NCBI GenBank assembly: GCA_002791805.1
Contig: PFND01000048.1
Location: 1 to 51,271, forward strand
DNA length: 51,271 nucleotides
Origin: Alphaproteobacteria bacterium CG_4_10_14_0_8_um_filter_53_9
GTDB lineage: Bacteria > Pseudomonadota > Alphaproteobacteria > UBA2136 > UBA6156
Direction: 5' to 3'
The notes beneath the pieces are model-generated. The model searched no databases. It was given only the letters and a program-made list of their open reading frames with translations, and was not told where the DNA came from. Position 1 is the stretch's first letter. Every line of letters starts with the position of its first letter. Shown piece after piece: positions 35,087 to 42,911 of the stretch. Both the position numbers and the translations under genes were made by a program.

Positions 35087-35341
35087 ATGTCTTTTCCAAA
35101 GTATGTGCATAAATGCGCTGAGATTTTTGGTGGTAGAGATGCCGCCGCCATGAGGCATCAAATTAGCCGAACCGCTAAAATATTGAACATTGTTCTTGAT
35201 CGTACGCAACGGTTAAAGCTTAAAGCTAAACGGCGTGAAAACTATCGCCTCAAGTACGGGGTAGCACCGCCAAAAGCTAAGCACTCCCGACGCCGAAAAA
35301 TTATTGAAAGCAAAGAACGTCCTAAGAGAGTCGCAGCCTAA
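35087..35341 (+). CDS. Hypothetical basic 84-aa protein (possible small DNA-binding protein)
   Basis: TATAAT at 35072..35077 lies upstream. There is no SD. The C-terminus is Arg/Lys-rich. The gene is divergent from the 34974 gene. Confidence 0.3.
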   Translation: MSFPKYVHKCAEIFGGRDAAAMRHQISRTAKILNIVLDRTQRLKLKAKRRENYRLKYGVAPPKAKHSRRRKIIESKERPKRVAA

Positions 35342-35486
35342 ATTGATGGGGGTTGTTATAGAATTTGCCCGTCCTATGCGAACTCTTCCTCGTACATTAA
35401 GAAGCCCTAGAGCGCCGCGCCAACGGCGAATGCCTTATGGACATAGCCCGAACCTACAACGTCAGCCACACCACCATTATGAGAAT

Positions 35487-36517
35487 TAAAGAATATCCGC
35501 GCAGGTAAAGTCGATACCATCGTGGTCTACAAAATCGATCGCCTCACCCGCTCGCTGGCCGATTTCGCCAAAATGATGGAGCTGTTTGACTCCCACAAAG
35601 TCACCGGCGAGCGCATCCGCAATAAAATCGCTGCCAGCAAGACCAAAGGCATGTGGATGGGCGGCACCGTGCCGCTCGGGTACAATCTCGCCGACCGTAA
35701 GCTCACCATCAACCCGCAAGAAGCCGATCTCATCCGCCACATCTTCCAGCTGTATCTTGACCTTGGCAGCATCCAGCAGGTGCAGGAAACCCTGACCCGC
35801 GAAGGCCACAGCACCAAGCAGCGCGGTACTCGCCCCGGCCGCCCGTTCACCCAAGGCAACCTTGCCAACATCCTCACCAACCCGCTCTACATCGGCAAAG
35901 TCACCCATAAAGGCAGAGTTCATGAAGGCTTGCACGAGGCCATCGTGCCGGACGACCTGTGGCAAACCACCGCTAACGGTCTTGAGCAAACGTGGCAAAC
36001 TACCTCCCCCGCCACCCGCAACCTCATCGTCCGTAGTGTTGTCCACCGCATCACTGCCACCCACGGAGAACTCCAAGTCCAACTCTCCAAACCTAGCCTC
36101 TTGGCTCTCCTGAAAGGCGAACCGCCATCCGGCCAGCCCGACCCCACCAACCTCATTAAAGAAACCATCCCCGCCCAACTCACCTCTCTCGGTAAACAAA
36201 AGCGCCTCATCATCGCAGGACAGGGCACCCAAACCGGCGAGCCAAATCCGGAGCTCATTAAAGCGGTCGCCCTCGGCCACCATTGGCGCCAGCTCATGCT
36301 CTCCGGCAAATACCCCACCCAACAAGCTCTGGCCGACCATCTCCAACTCGCCAAAAGCCACGTCAACCGCTACATCCAGCTTGGCCTGCTGGCGCCGGAT
36401 ATCGTCGAGGCCATCCTCACCGGCCATCAGCCCCTCGGCCTTGCCGTAGCCGATCTTTACAAAGTCTCAACCGCCGATTGGCCCGCCCAACGCCGCCAGC
36501 TTGGCTTCGCCGCCTAA
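35487..36517 (+). pseudogene. Large serine recombinase, N-terminally truncated with an in-frame internal deletion
   Basis: The frame opens after the TGA at 35484 with LKNIRAGKVDTIVVYKIDRLTRSLADFAKMMELFDSHKV then TGERIRNKIAASKTKGMWMGG.... The catalytic-Ser N-terminus is absent. The usual ~30 aa between FxxHxV and TGERIR are also absent. The recombinase domain and the C-terminal LAPDIVEAIL motif are present. Confidence 0.7.
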
Positions 36518-36624
36518 CCCGCCGCTTCTTATCAATCCCCTGCCAAAAACCCCATCTGAGAGAATCCACCCCAAGGCCCTATTTACCCTCTCCCCCATCC
36601 CTCTCAGCAGGGGCGAGATAAAGC

Positions 36625-36691
36625 AAAAAGCCCGCACACAGCGGGCTTTCTTGCGGCAGAGGCTGGAAACTCTCTGCAACTCATAACTTCA
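36625..36691 (-). repeat. Repeat copy c: tRNA-Ser 3' flank including the terminator hairpin
   Basis: AAAAAGCCCGCACACAGCGGGCTTTCTTG ... AACTTCA adjoins the tRNA 3' end. Confidence 0.65.
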
Positions 36692-36779
36692 TGGCGGAGG
36701 AGACAGGATTCGAACCTGCGAGGGATTGCTCCCAACACGCTTTCCAGGCGAGCGCCTTAAACCACTCGGCCACTCCTCC
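36692..36779 (-). tRNA. tRNA-Ser (anticodon GGA), CCA encoded
   Basis: The reverse complement folds as acceptor GGAGGAG/CTCCTCC, anticodon loop CTGGAAA, a long variable arm, T-arm GCAGG-TTCGAAT-CCTGT and G-CCA. There is one U-U mismatch in the anticodon stem. Confidence 0.85.
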
Positions 36780-36853
36780 GCATGAGGGGGCTTATAGCTT
36801 GAAGTTGAGGGAGCGTCTAGTGTTTTGCTTAAAAATGTGCTAAGTGCCTGAGA

Positions 36854-37786
36854 ATGTTATCTTATCAACATGCTTATCATGTGGGCGGCGTTGCCGATGT
36901 TTTTAAGCACATTTTACTTTGCAACAGTTTGATTTATTTGCATAAAAAACCCAAGGGGGTGGCGTGCTTTGATGCCATGGCCGGGCGCGGTTTTTATGGT
37001 GTTGATGAAGAAGAAGTTGTTAAATTACAAGAGTTTAAGGATGGTTTTTTGCAGGTTTGGCCGGGCGGTGGGTTTGGCCAGAGCTGGTTTGATTTGATGG
37101 ACAAGCTTAACCCCTTGAAAAAGCTTGAGATTATGGCGGGGTCCAGTGGGGTGATGTTGGGGGTAGGGCGGCCTCAAGACATTGTTTTCCTTAGTGAAAT
37201 GCATAAAGGAGAGGCGGATAAGCTGCGGGGGTTTTTAGGACAAGAGGCGGGTAAATCTGAGGTGGGAGACGGGTATGCGCGCGGTAAGAGGCGGGGGGGA
37301 GATGAGGGAGAGGGCGGCCGCGCCATGCTTGACGCGCTGGTGAGAGACCGCTTGGGGCCGATTTTGCCCCGTGTGGACATGGCGGTGCGTGATGGATTTG
37401 AGCACCTGCTGCGCGAGGCGCCTTTGCATGACCGCGTTTTGGGGCTTATTGACCCCAGTTATGAGCGGCCCGAGGAGTACGCCCGTGTTCTGGAGGTGAT
37501 GCGGGCGTTGCGGAAGAGCGCGTCGAAGGCCCAAATTCATGTTTGGTACCCTGTGATGGCGGACGGCCGGCACGAGGCCATGGTGCGGGGCTTGCGCGCT
37601 TTAGGCTGGCCCTCCACCTACCATTTAGAAGTGAGTTTGCCCAAGGCCAAGCGGGAGTATGTGGCGACGGGTCACTTTGTTTTCGGTCTGCCGTATAACA
37701 TGGTGGCCGAGACGCTGGCGGGGGCGAATGACCTGGCGCGGTGGCTGGGGGGTGAGGTGCTTGTGAATGAGGTTAAAGCGGGTTAA
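36854..37786 (+). CDS. rlmJ: 23S rRNA (adenine2030-N6)-methyltransferase RlmJ
   Basis: The N-terminal MLSYQHAYHVGGVADVFKH matches the RlmJ (YhiR/DUF519) signature MLSYRHxFHAGNxADVxKH. Confidence 0.8.
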   Translation: MLSYQHAYHVGGVADVFKHILLCNSLIYLHKKPKGVACFDAMAGRGFYGVDEEEVVKLQEFKDGFLQVWPGGGFGQSWFDLMDKLNPLKKLEIMAGSSGVMLGVGRPQDIVFLSEMHKGEADKLRGFLGQEAGKSEVGDGYARGKRRGGDEGEGGRAMLDALVRDRLGPILPRVDMAVRDGFEHLLREAPLHDRVLGLIDPSYERPEEYARVLEVMRALRKSASKAQIHVWYPVMADGRHEAMVRGLRALGWPSTYHLEVSLPKAKREYVATGHFVFGLPYNMVAETLAGANDLARWLGGEVLVNEVKAG

Positions 37787-37826
37787 GATGTCTTATGTAT
37801 GAGGTTAAAGTATTTAGGGGGGAAAT

Positions 37827-38783
37827 GTGAAAGAAAAACTTAAGTTTATTGATTTGTTTGCAGGTATTGGAGGCTTCCATCTTGCATTTCATGACTTAGG
37901 AGCTGAGTGCGTTTTTGCCTCTGAGATTGATGCGCATGCGCGTGTGACGTATGAAACAAATTTTAAGAAAATCTCTCCGCGACTATTTAAAAAAAATCTT
38001 TTTAATCGTGATATTACAACGATCGATGATCCTAGTTATCAAATTCCTGATTTTGATGTTTTGTGTGCGGGCTTTCCTTGTCAACCTTTTAGCCAAGCTG
38101 GATTTAAGCGTGGATTTGAAGAAGCTAAAGGCGATAGAGGAAACATGTTTTTCCACTTAGCAAATATAATTGCGGCTAAACGCCCCAAAGCTATTTTTCT
38201 TGAGAATGTAAGACACCTTGTTAAACATGATGATGGAAGAACGTTTGAGACGATAAAGGATATTCTCACGAATCAACTGGACTATGTTGTTCAATGGAAA
38301 ATTGTGCATGCATCTGATCATGGGCTTCCTCAACATCGCCCACGTGTTTTTATTGTTGGCTTTAGAAAAGAAGATGTATACACCAAGCCGTTTTGTTTTC
38401 CTGATGTTGAGCCATTGTGCTTGACGATGTCTGATATTTTTGGGGGGGAGTGTCCTAAAAAGATAGGATATACTCTGCGAGTGGGGGGGCGTGGTTCGGG
38501 CTTACATGATAGGAGAAACTGGGACCATTATCTTGTGAATGGAGAAGATTACAAGCTGAAGCCAGAGCAAGGAAAGCAAATGATGGGCTTTCCTAAATCT
38601 TTTGTTTTACCTGTGTCTGAAACGCAGGCTATGAAGCAACTTGGTAATAGTGTTGCGGTGAATGCGGTGAGGGCAACGGCTAAAGAAATTATAAAATGTT
38701 TAAAGAGTGAAATCTCTGAAGAGAAGTTAGATTCTCACATGAATGTCTCCGAGTCTCGTTGTGAGCTAAGAGTTGCTGTGTAA
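37827..38783 (+). CDS. DNA (cytosine-5)-methyltransferase
   Basis: C5-MTase motifs FAGIGG (I), PCQPFS (IV), ENV (VI), QHRPRVF (VIII) and GNSV (X). GTG start after GGGGGGAAA. Confidence 0.92.
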   Translation: MKEKLKFIDLFAGIGGFHLAFHDLGAECVFASEIDAHARVTYETNFKKISPRLFKKNLFNRDITTIDDPSYQIPDFDVLCAGFPCQPFSQAGFKRGFEEAKGDRGNMFFHLANIIAAKRPKAIFLENVRHLVKHDDGRTFETIKDILTNQLDYVVQWKIVHASDHGLPQHRPRVFIVGFRKEDVYTKPFCFPDVEPLCLTMSDIFGGECPKKIGYTLRVGGRGSGLHDRRNWDHYLVNGEDYKLKPEQGKQMMGFPKSFVLPVSETQAMKQLGNSVAVNAVRATAKEIIKCLKSEISEEKLDSHMNVSESRCELRVAV

Positions 38784-39850
38784 TGAACAAGGGTGAATGG
38801 AGCGAATTTTACGCTTTTTTAAAGCTTCTTGGTGAGGGTAAACTTTTTGCGGCAGATGAAGACCTAAATGTTACGGAGGAGTATTATAATCTTACAAATA
38901 TTTTAAGGCAGTTAGAGTCAAGTAAGACCTTCGCAGTTTTTCATATTCTCTCTGATGTGGGTGTTGTGAGTGTTGTTATTCCCAACAAAAGCGATGTTGA
39001 TGTTGAGCAAGAACGATTTTTAGAATATGCCAATCTGCTTTTGAAAAAGATTTTATCTGCTAAAGGGTCTTTTTTAGTGCCTGAGCTTAATGATTTTAGA
39101 AAAGAGCTTGGGTATCCAAAAGTTAAGGAAATGTCTGATAAGAAAAAGGATATTACTCTTACGGCACTAGATGTAGCGACGGGTAGGCAGGAAGTGTTGG
39201 GTTTTAGTATTAAGTCTAAACTTGGTGGAGACCCAACGCTTTTTAACCCAAGTAAGTCAACAAATTTTATTTATGAATTGGAAACAATATCACCTTTGAC
39301 AGACGATGCCATTAATAGCTTAAATCAAATGAAGATTAAAAAAAGTATGTCGAAACTTTTAGGTGGGGGCGCAAAACTGAAGTTTAGTAACTTATCTTCA
39401 GATGTCTTTTCAGATAACTTGAAAATGGTTGATTTTTATATGGATAAGATTTTGGGAGAAGTTGTAAAACTTTATTATTCTTCATCTCCTAAAGACCTTA
39501 GTTCATTGATCAAACTCGTTACAGATGCAAACCCTTTAAACCTTTCTCCTACTTTAGCGGCGCGCTTTTATACTCATAAGCTAAAAGAGTTTCTTGTAAA
39601 TTGTGCTTTAGGGATGACGGCTGCAAAAATATGGCAAGGGTTCTTTGATGCAAATGGTGGATATATTGTTGTGAAAGAAGATGGAAATATTCTTTGTTAT
39701 CATGCATATAACTGGGATAAGCTTAAATCATATCTTCTGAAATATTCTTATTTAGAGACGCCAAGCACGGGAAAACATGATTTTGGAAAGATTTATAGAG
39801 AAAACGGAAGGCTTTATGTAAAGCTAAATCTTCAAATACGGTTTCGTTAA
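38783..39850 (+). CDS. Type II restriction endonuclease, HpaII-like
   Basis: The N-terminal [20 protein letters not shown] matches my recollection of the HpaII-family N-terminus. It has a TAATG overlap with the MTase gene. Confidence 0.7.
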   Translation: MNKGEWSEFYAFLKLLGEGKLFAADEDLNVTEEYYNLTNILRQLESSKTFAVFHILSDVGVVSVVIPNKSDVDVEQERFLEYANLLLKKILSAKGSFLVPELNDFRKELGYPKVKEMSDKKKDITLTALDVATGRQEVLGFSIKSKLGGDPTLFNPSKSTNFIYELETISPLTDDAINSLNQMKIKKSMSKLLGGGAKLKFSNLSSDVFSDNLKMVDFYMDKILGEVVKLYYSSSPKDLSSLIKLVTDANPLNLSPTLAARFYTHKLKEFLVNCALGMTAAKIWQGFFDANGGYIVVKEDGNILCYHAYNWDKLKSYLLKYSYLETPSTGKHDFGKIYRENGRLYVKLNLQIRFR

Positions 39851-39855
39851 AATAA

Positions 39856-39932
39856 TGGCGCACCCGGCGCGATTCGAACGCACGACCCCTTCCTTCGGAG
39901 GGAAGTACTCTATCCAGCTGAGCTACGGGTGC
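39856..39932 (-). tRNA. tRNA-Arg (anticodon CCG), CCA encoded
   Basis: The reverse complement GCACCCGTAGCTCAGCTGGATAGAGTACTTCCCTCCGAAGGAAGGGGTCGTGCGTTCGAATCGCGCCGGGTGCGCCA folds as a cloverleaf. The anticodon loop is CUCCGAA. Confidence 0.92.
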
Positions 39933-40305
39933 GGCTTTGCTGCTTTCGCTGGGCTTTTCTAAACGATTCTTTTTGTTTGTGCAAGGCATCCTTGAGATAG
40001 TTGTCTTCGTTAGGCGTGGCTTCTTGGCTTCGGGTTTCGGCTCCATCGGCCTTTGGCCTTTATGAGCCTCTTGCCCTGCGCTCGCTTTGTTTTGCTGGCC
40101 CTACGGGGCAGCCGCATGTCTGCCTCTGCTTCGCTTCGGCATGACGTTTTTTAAGGGAAGGCTGGATTTGGGTGTGGGGCGTGGGAAGGGCTGCTTTTGG
40201 GAGCGAGGGGTGAGGCCGGTGTTCTGGGGGTTTCTTTATTTTATGGACAGGGGGGGCGGTTTTGCTTATACTCTGCGGAACTTATAACCGGCGGAAGGAT
40301 AGCCC

Positions 40306-40773
40306 ATGACCCACAAACTGCCCATTGACAGCTTGACCCCTCTGACTGATTTGCCTGCCAAAGACCGCGGCTACCCCGATGGGTATGTGCCCAAAGACAG
40401 CGAACCTTACATGAGCCTGAAACAGCTGGCTTACTTCCGGGATCTTCTTCTGACGTGGCGTCAGGAGCTTTTGCAGGGCAACAGCGAGGCCCTTGACGGC
40501 CTGCGCGAACACAGCGCCATTGAAGCCGACCTGACCGACCAGGCCACCATTGAATATGAGCAGACCCTTGAGCTGCGCAACCGCGACCGTGCCCGCAAAC
40601 TGATTTCTAAAATTGATGAGGCGCTTGAGCGCATTAAAGATGGCGAATTCGGTTTTTGTGAAGAGACGGGTGACCCCATTGGGATTGGCCGTTTGCTGGC
40701 CCGCCCCATTGCCACCCTGAGCATTGAAGCCAAGCGGAGACAGGAGAAAAAAGAAATCTCCTACGCGGGGTAG
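40306..40773 (+). CDS. dksA: RNA polymerase-binding factor DksA (1-Cys, no C4 zinc finger)
   Basis: Coiled-coil tip DLTDQA (DxxDxA). The C-terminal GEFGFCEETGDPIGIGRLLARPIATLSIEAK has C..T/S..A in place of CxxC/CxxC. Confidence 0.85.
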   Translation: MTHKLPIDSLTPLTDLPAKDRGYPDGYVPKDSEPYMSLKQLAYFRDLLLTWRQELLQGNSEALDGLREHSAIEADLTDQATIEYEQTLELRNRDRARKLISKIDEALERIKDGEFGFCEETGDPIGIGRLLARPIATLSIEAKRRQEKKEISYAG

Positions 40774-40781
40774 GCGGTTTT

Positions 40782-41258
40782 ATGGCGCTCCCCCCGTTAC
40801 GGCCAACGCCTCATTTAACGCCGCTTCTGGCGCCTGAGGAAGAGATTATCTATACTGCCCAGCTTCATCCTTTGCATGGCATTGGCTGGCTGGCTTTTGC
40901 GGTGTTGTTTTTTGCCATGATGCGCCTGCATCTGGTATTTTTACTGCCTTGCGCTGTGTGTGTGTCTATTTATCTTATCCCCTTTAAGACCAACGAGGTT
41001 GCCGTGACGACGCATCGGTTGTTGCTGCGTATGGGGCGTTTCCGGCTCGCCTACAATGATATTGAGCCCGATGACCTGAACCACTGGCAGTTTTATCAGA
41101 ACCCGATTACCAATGTTCTGGGCGGTGGTGCGATTATTCTCAACCTTGATAAAGGCGCTGAGGTTATACCGCTCCGGATGCCTCATTTGCGCCATCCTCT
41201 GAAATTTATTGAAGCGCTCGGGACATTGAACCCTGCGTTTAGAGGTGGCCGTAGATAA
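40782..41258 (+). CDS. Membrane protein with a bacterial PH-like (YdbS/DUF304-like) domain
   Basis: EEIIYTAQLHP is followed by two TM helices and a ~80-aa soluble domain. It has a TAATG overlap with the next gene. Confidence 0.5.
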   Translation: MALPPLRPTPHLTPLLAPEEEIIYTAQLHPLHGIGWLAFAVLFFAMMRLHLVFLLPCAVCVSIYLIPFKTNEVAVTTHRLLLRMGRFRLAYNDIEPDDLNHWQFYQNPITNVLGGGAIILNLDKGAEVIPLRMPHLRHPLKFIEALGTLNPAFRGGRR

Positions 41259-41557
41259 TGGCGGGTTTGGTGCCTACGGATGTTCGGTTGAGTAAGGACA
41301 AGCGCCTTCTGACGCTTGCGTTTGAGGCGCGTGACCCCGTGGTTTTGGGTGTGGAGGTTTTGCGCTTGAATTCTCCCAGTGCGGAAGTAAAAGGCCATTT
41401 TGGACAGGGGGGTAAGGTGCCCGAAATTGCGCCCGACCTGACCATAACTGCCCTTGAGCCTGTGGGGCATTATGCGCTGAAAATTGTTTTTTCGGATGGT
41501 CATGCGACCGGGCTTTACCCTTGGGAGTATCTTGCCAACTTGCCTGAGAACGCTTAA
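41258..41557 (+). CDS. DUF971 family protein
   Basis: LNSPSAEVKGH...ALEPVGHYALKIVFSDGHATGLYPWEYL is the DUF971 pattern. Confidence 0.75.
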   Translation: MAGLVPTDVRLSKDKRLLTLAFEARDPVVLGVEVLRLNSPSAEVKGHFGQGGKVPEIAPDLTITALEPVGHYALKIVFSDGHATGLYPWEYLANLPENA

Positions 41558-41567
41558 ACCTGTGAGC

Positions 41568-41993
41568 ATGATGCGTGTTTTTATGACGATGGCGATGCTT
41601 GTGAGCATGGGTTTTTCTGCGAAGGCAGAAGGGCTGGTGTTTACGGATATGGCGGTGACGCCCGCCCTTAAAGGCGGCGATGCGCTGGTGGTGGGACGGA
41701 TTGTAAATGAGACATCTGCCACGGTGGTGCTGCCTTTAGAGGATGTTCAGGTGCCTGCGGCGGGGTTGAAGCTTATTGTTTATGGCCGCGATGAGCACGG
41801 TCTGACCAGCCTTGACCCGACGCAGGCGATGACGCTTCCCCCCGGCGAGACCTATGTGATACCCCGTGTGTATGAATTGCGCTTTGTAGGGGTGACCCAT
41901 GATATTTTAGTGGGAACGGAAATACCTTTGCGCTATACCCTGAACGGGCGTACCTACGCCATTCGTGTGCCTATAAAAAATGGAGACTTTTAG
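41568..41993 (+). CDS. Secreted/periplasmic hypothetical protein
   Basis: Signal peptide MMRVFMTMAMLVSMGFSAKA/EG. Its stop TAG is directly followed by the ATG of the ABC ATPase. Confidence 0.55.
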   Translation: MMRVFMTMAMLVSMGFSAKAEGLVFTDMAVTPALKGGDALVVGRIVNETSATVVLPLEDVQVPAAGLKLIVYGRDEHGLTSLDPTQAMTLPPGETYVIPRVYELRFVGVTHDILVGTEIPLRYTLNGRTYAIRVPIKNGDF

Positions 41994-42908
41994 ATGACTG
42001 CCGACAAATCTTTGATTGTTGCCCAAGGCCTTACCAAAACCTACACCGCCAAGAGTGGTGATGTTATGGCTGTAAAAGGTATTGATTTTAAGGTGATGCC
42101 AGGCACCTGCACAGGCTTGCTTGGCCCTAATGGCGCCGGAAAAAGCACCACCATGGGCATGCTGATGGGCCTGACCCGCCCGACAGAGGGAACGCTTACG
42201 ATTTTTGGAACGCCTACCAGCGAGCTGACCCGCGAGCAGCGCGTGCGGATCTCTCTTGTGCCCCAGGAAGACAACCTTGACCCTGATTTGACGGTGAGCG
42301 AAAACCTGTTTGTGTATGGGTTGTTTTTTGGCATTGCCCGCTCTGTTTTGAAAGACCGTGTGCCCCAGCTTTTGGACTACATGCAGCTGACTGAAAAATC
42401 CGGTGCCCGTGTAAGCCAGTTGAGCGGTGGGATGAAGCGCCGCCTGACCATTGCACGCGCCCTGATTAATGACCCCGACTTGCTGATTTTGGATGAACCC
42501 ACCACGGGGCTTGATCCGCAGGCGCGGGTGCTTATCTGGCAGCGGCTTTTGGAACTTAAAAAAACCGGCAAAACCTTGCTGCTCACCACCCACTATATGG
42601 ATGAAGCCCAGCGCCTGTGCGATCAGATTATCATGATTGACCACGGCGATATTCTGGATGAAGGGACACCCCGCCAACTGATTAAAAAACACGTGCCCGG
42701 CCATGTGTTTGACATGACCAAGCCTATCCCCAAAAACCTTCCCCTTTATGAGCAGGAAGATGTGGGCGATAGCGTGCTGTTTTATGTGAATGACGAGGAT
42801 GCCGTGGCGTTTAGAAAAGCCATACCCGAAAAAGCCACCTACCTGCACCGGCCGGCCAACCTTGAAGATGTATTTTTACGGCTGACAGGACGGCGGATAC
42901 GGGAGTAG
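41994..42908 (+). CDS. ABC transporter ATP-binding protein (ABC-2/NodI/DrrA type)
   Basis: Walker A GPNGAGKST, signature LSGGMKRRL and Walker B LLILDEPT. Confidence 0.92.
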   Translation: MTADKSLIVAQGLTKTYTAKSGDVMAVKGIDFKVMPGTCTGLLGPNGAGKSTTMGMLMGLTRPTEGTLTIFGTPTSELTREQRVRISLVPQEDNLDPDLTVSENLFVYGLFFGIARSVLKDRVPQLLDYMQLTEKSGARVSQLSGGMKRRLTIARALINDPDLLILDEPTTGLDPQARVLIWQRLLELKKTGKTLLLTTHYMDEAQRLCDQIIMIDHGDILDEGTPRQLIKKHVPGHVFDMTKPIPKNLPLYEQEDVGDSVLFYVNDEDAVAFRKAIPEKATYLHRPANLEDVFLRLTGRRIRE

Positions 42909-42911
42909 GGG

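Larger units (their letters stand above)
33124..36691. mobile_element. Degenerate integrative-island remnant at the 3' end of tRNA-Ser
   Basis: It is bounded by repeat copies b and c. It holds a truncated serine recombinase next to the tRNA, an HTH fragment and AT-richer orphan genes. Confidence 0.5.

Noticed and set aside
35486-36427. 313-aa ORF antisense to the serine recombinase remnant
   Set aside because: The plus-strand frame carries clear recombinase-family motifs. The minus-strand translation is Gly/Ala/Asp low-complexity, typical of a GC-rich shadow frame.
37767-37810. The 12-bp direct repeat ATGAGGTTAAAG as a target-site duplication of the R-M cassette
   Set aside because: Both copies lie on the same (left) side of the cassette, and no matching copy occurs at the tRNA-Arg side. 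It is reported only as a possible junction scar.
40087-40287. 66-aa ORF in the tRNA-Arg/dksA intergenic region
   Set aside because: The translation is G-rich and Gly/Phe/Trp-heavy, and there is no RBS. The region is more plausibly the promoter and leader space for tRNA-Arg and dksA.
41907-42848. 313-aa ORF antisense to the ABC ATPase. Similar long antisense ORFs lie at 45139..45894, 48577..49395 and 49803..50684.
   Set aside because: Each lies opposite a gene with unambiguous conserved motifs (Walker A/B, IHF/hypothetical, L35/L20, PheS). None has an independent start signal.
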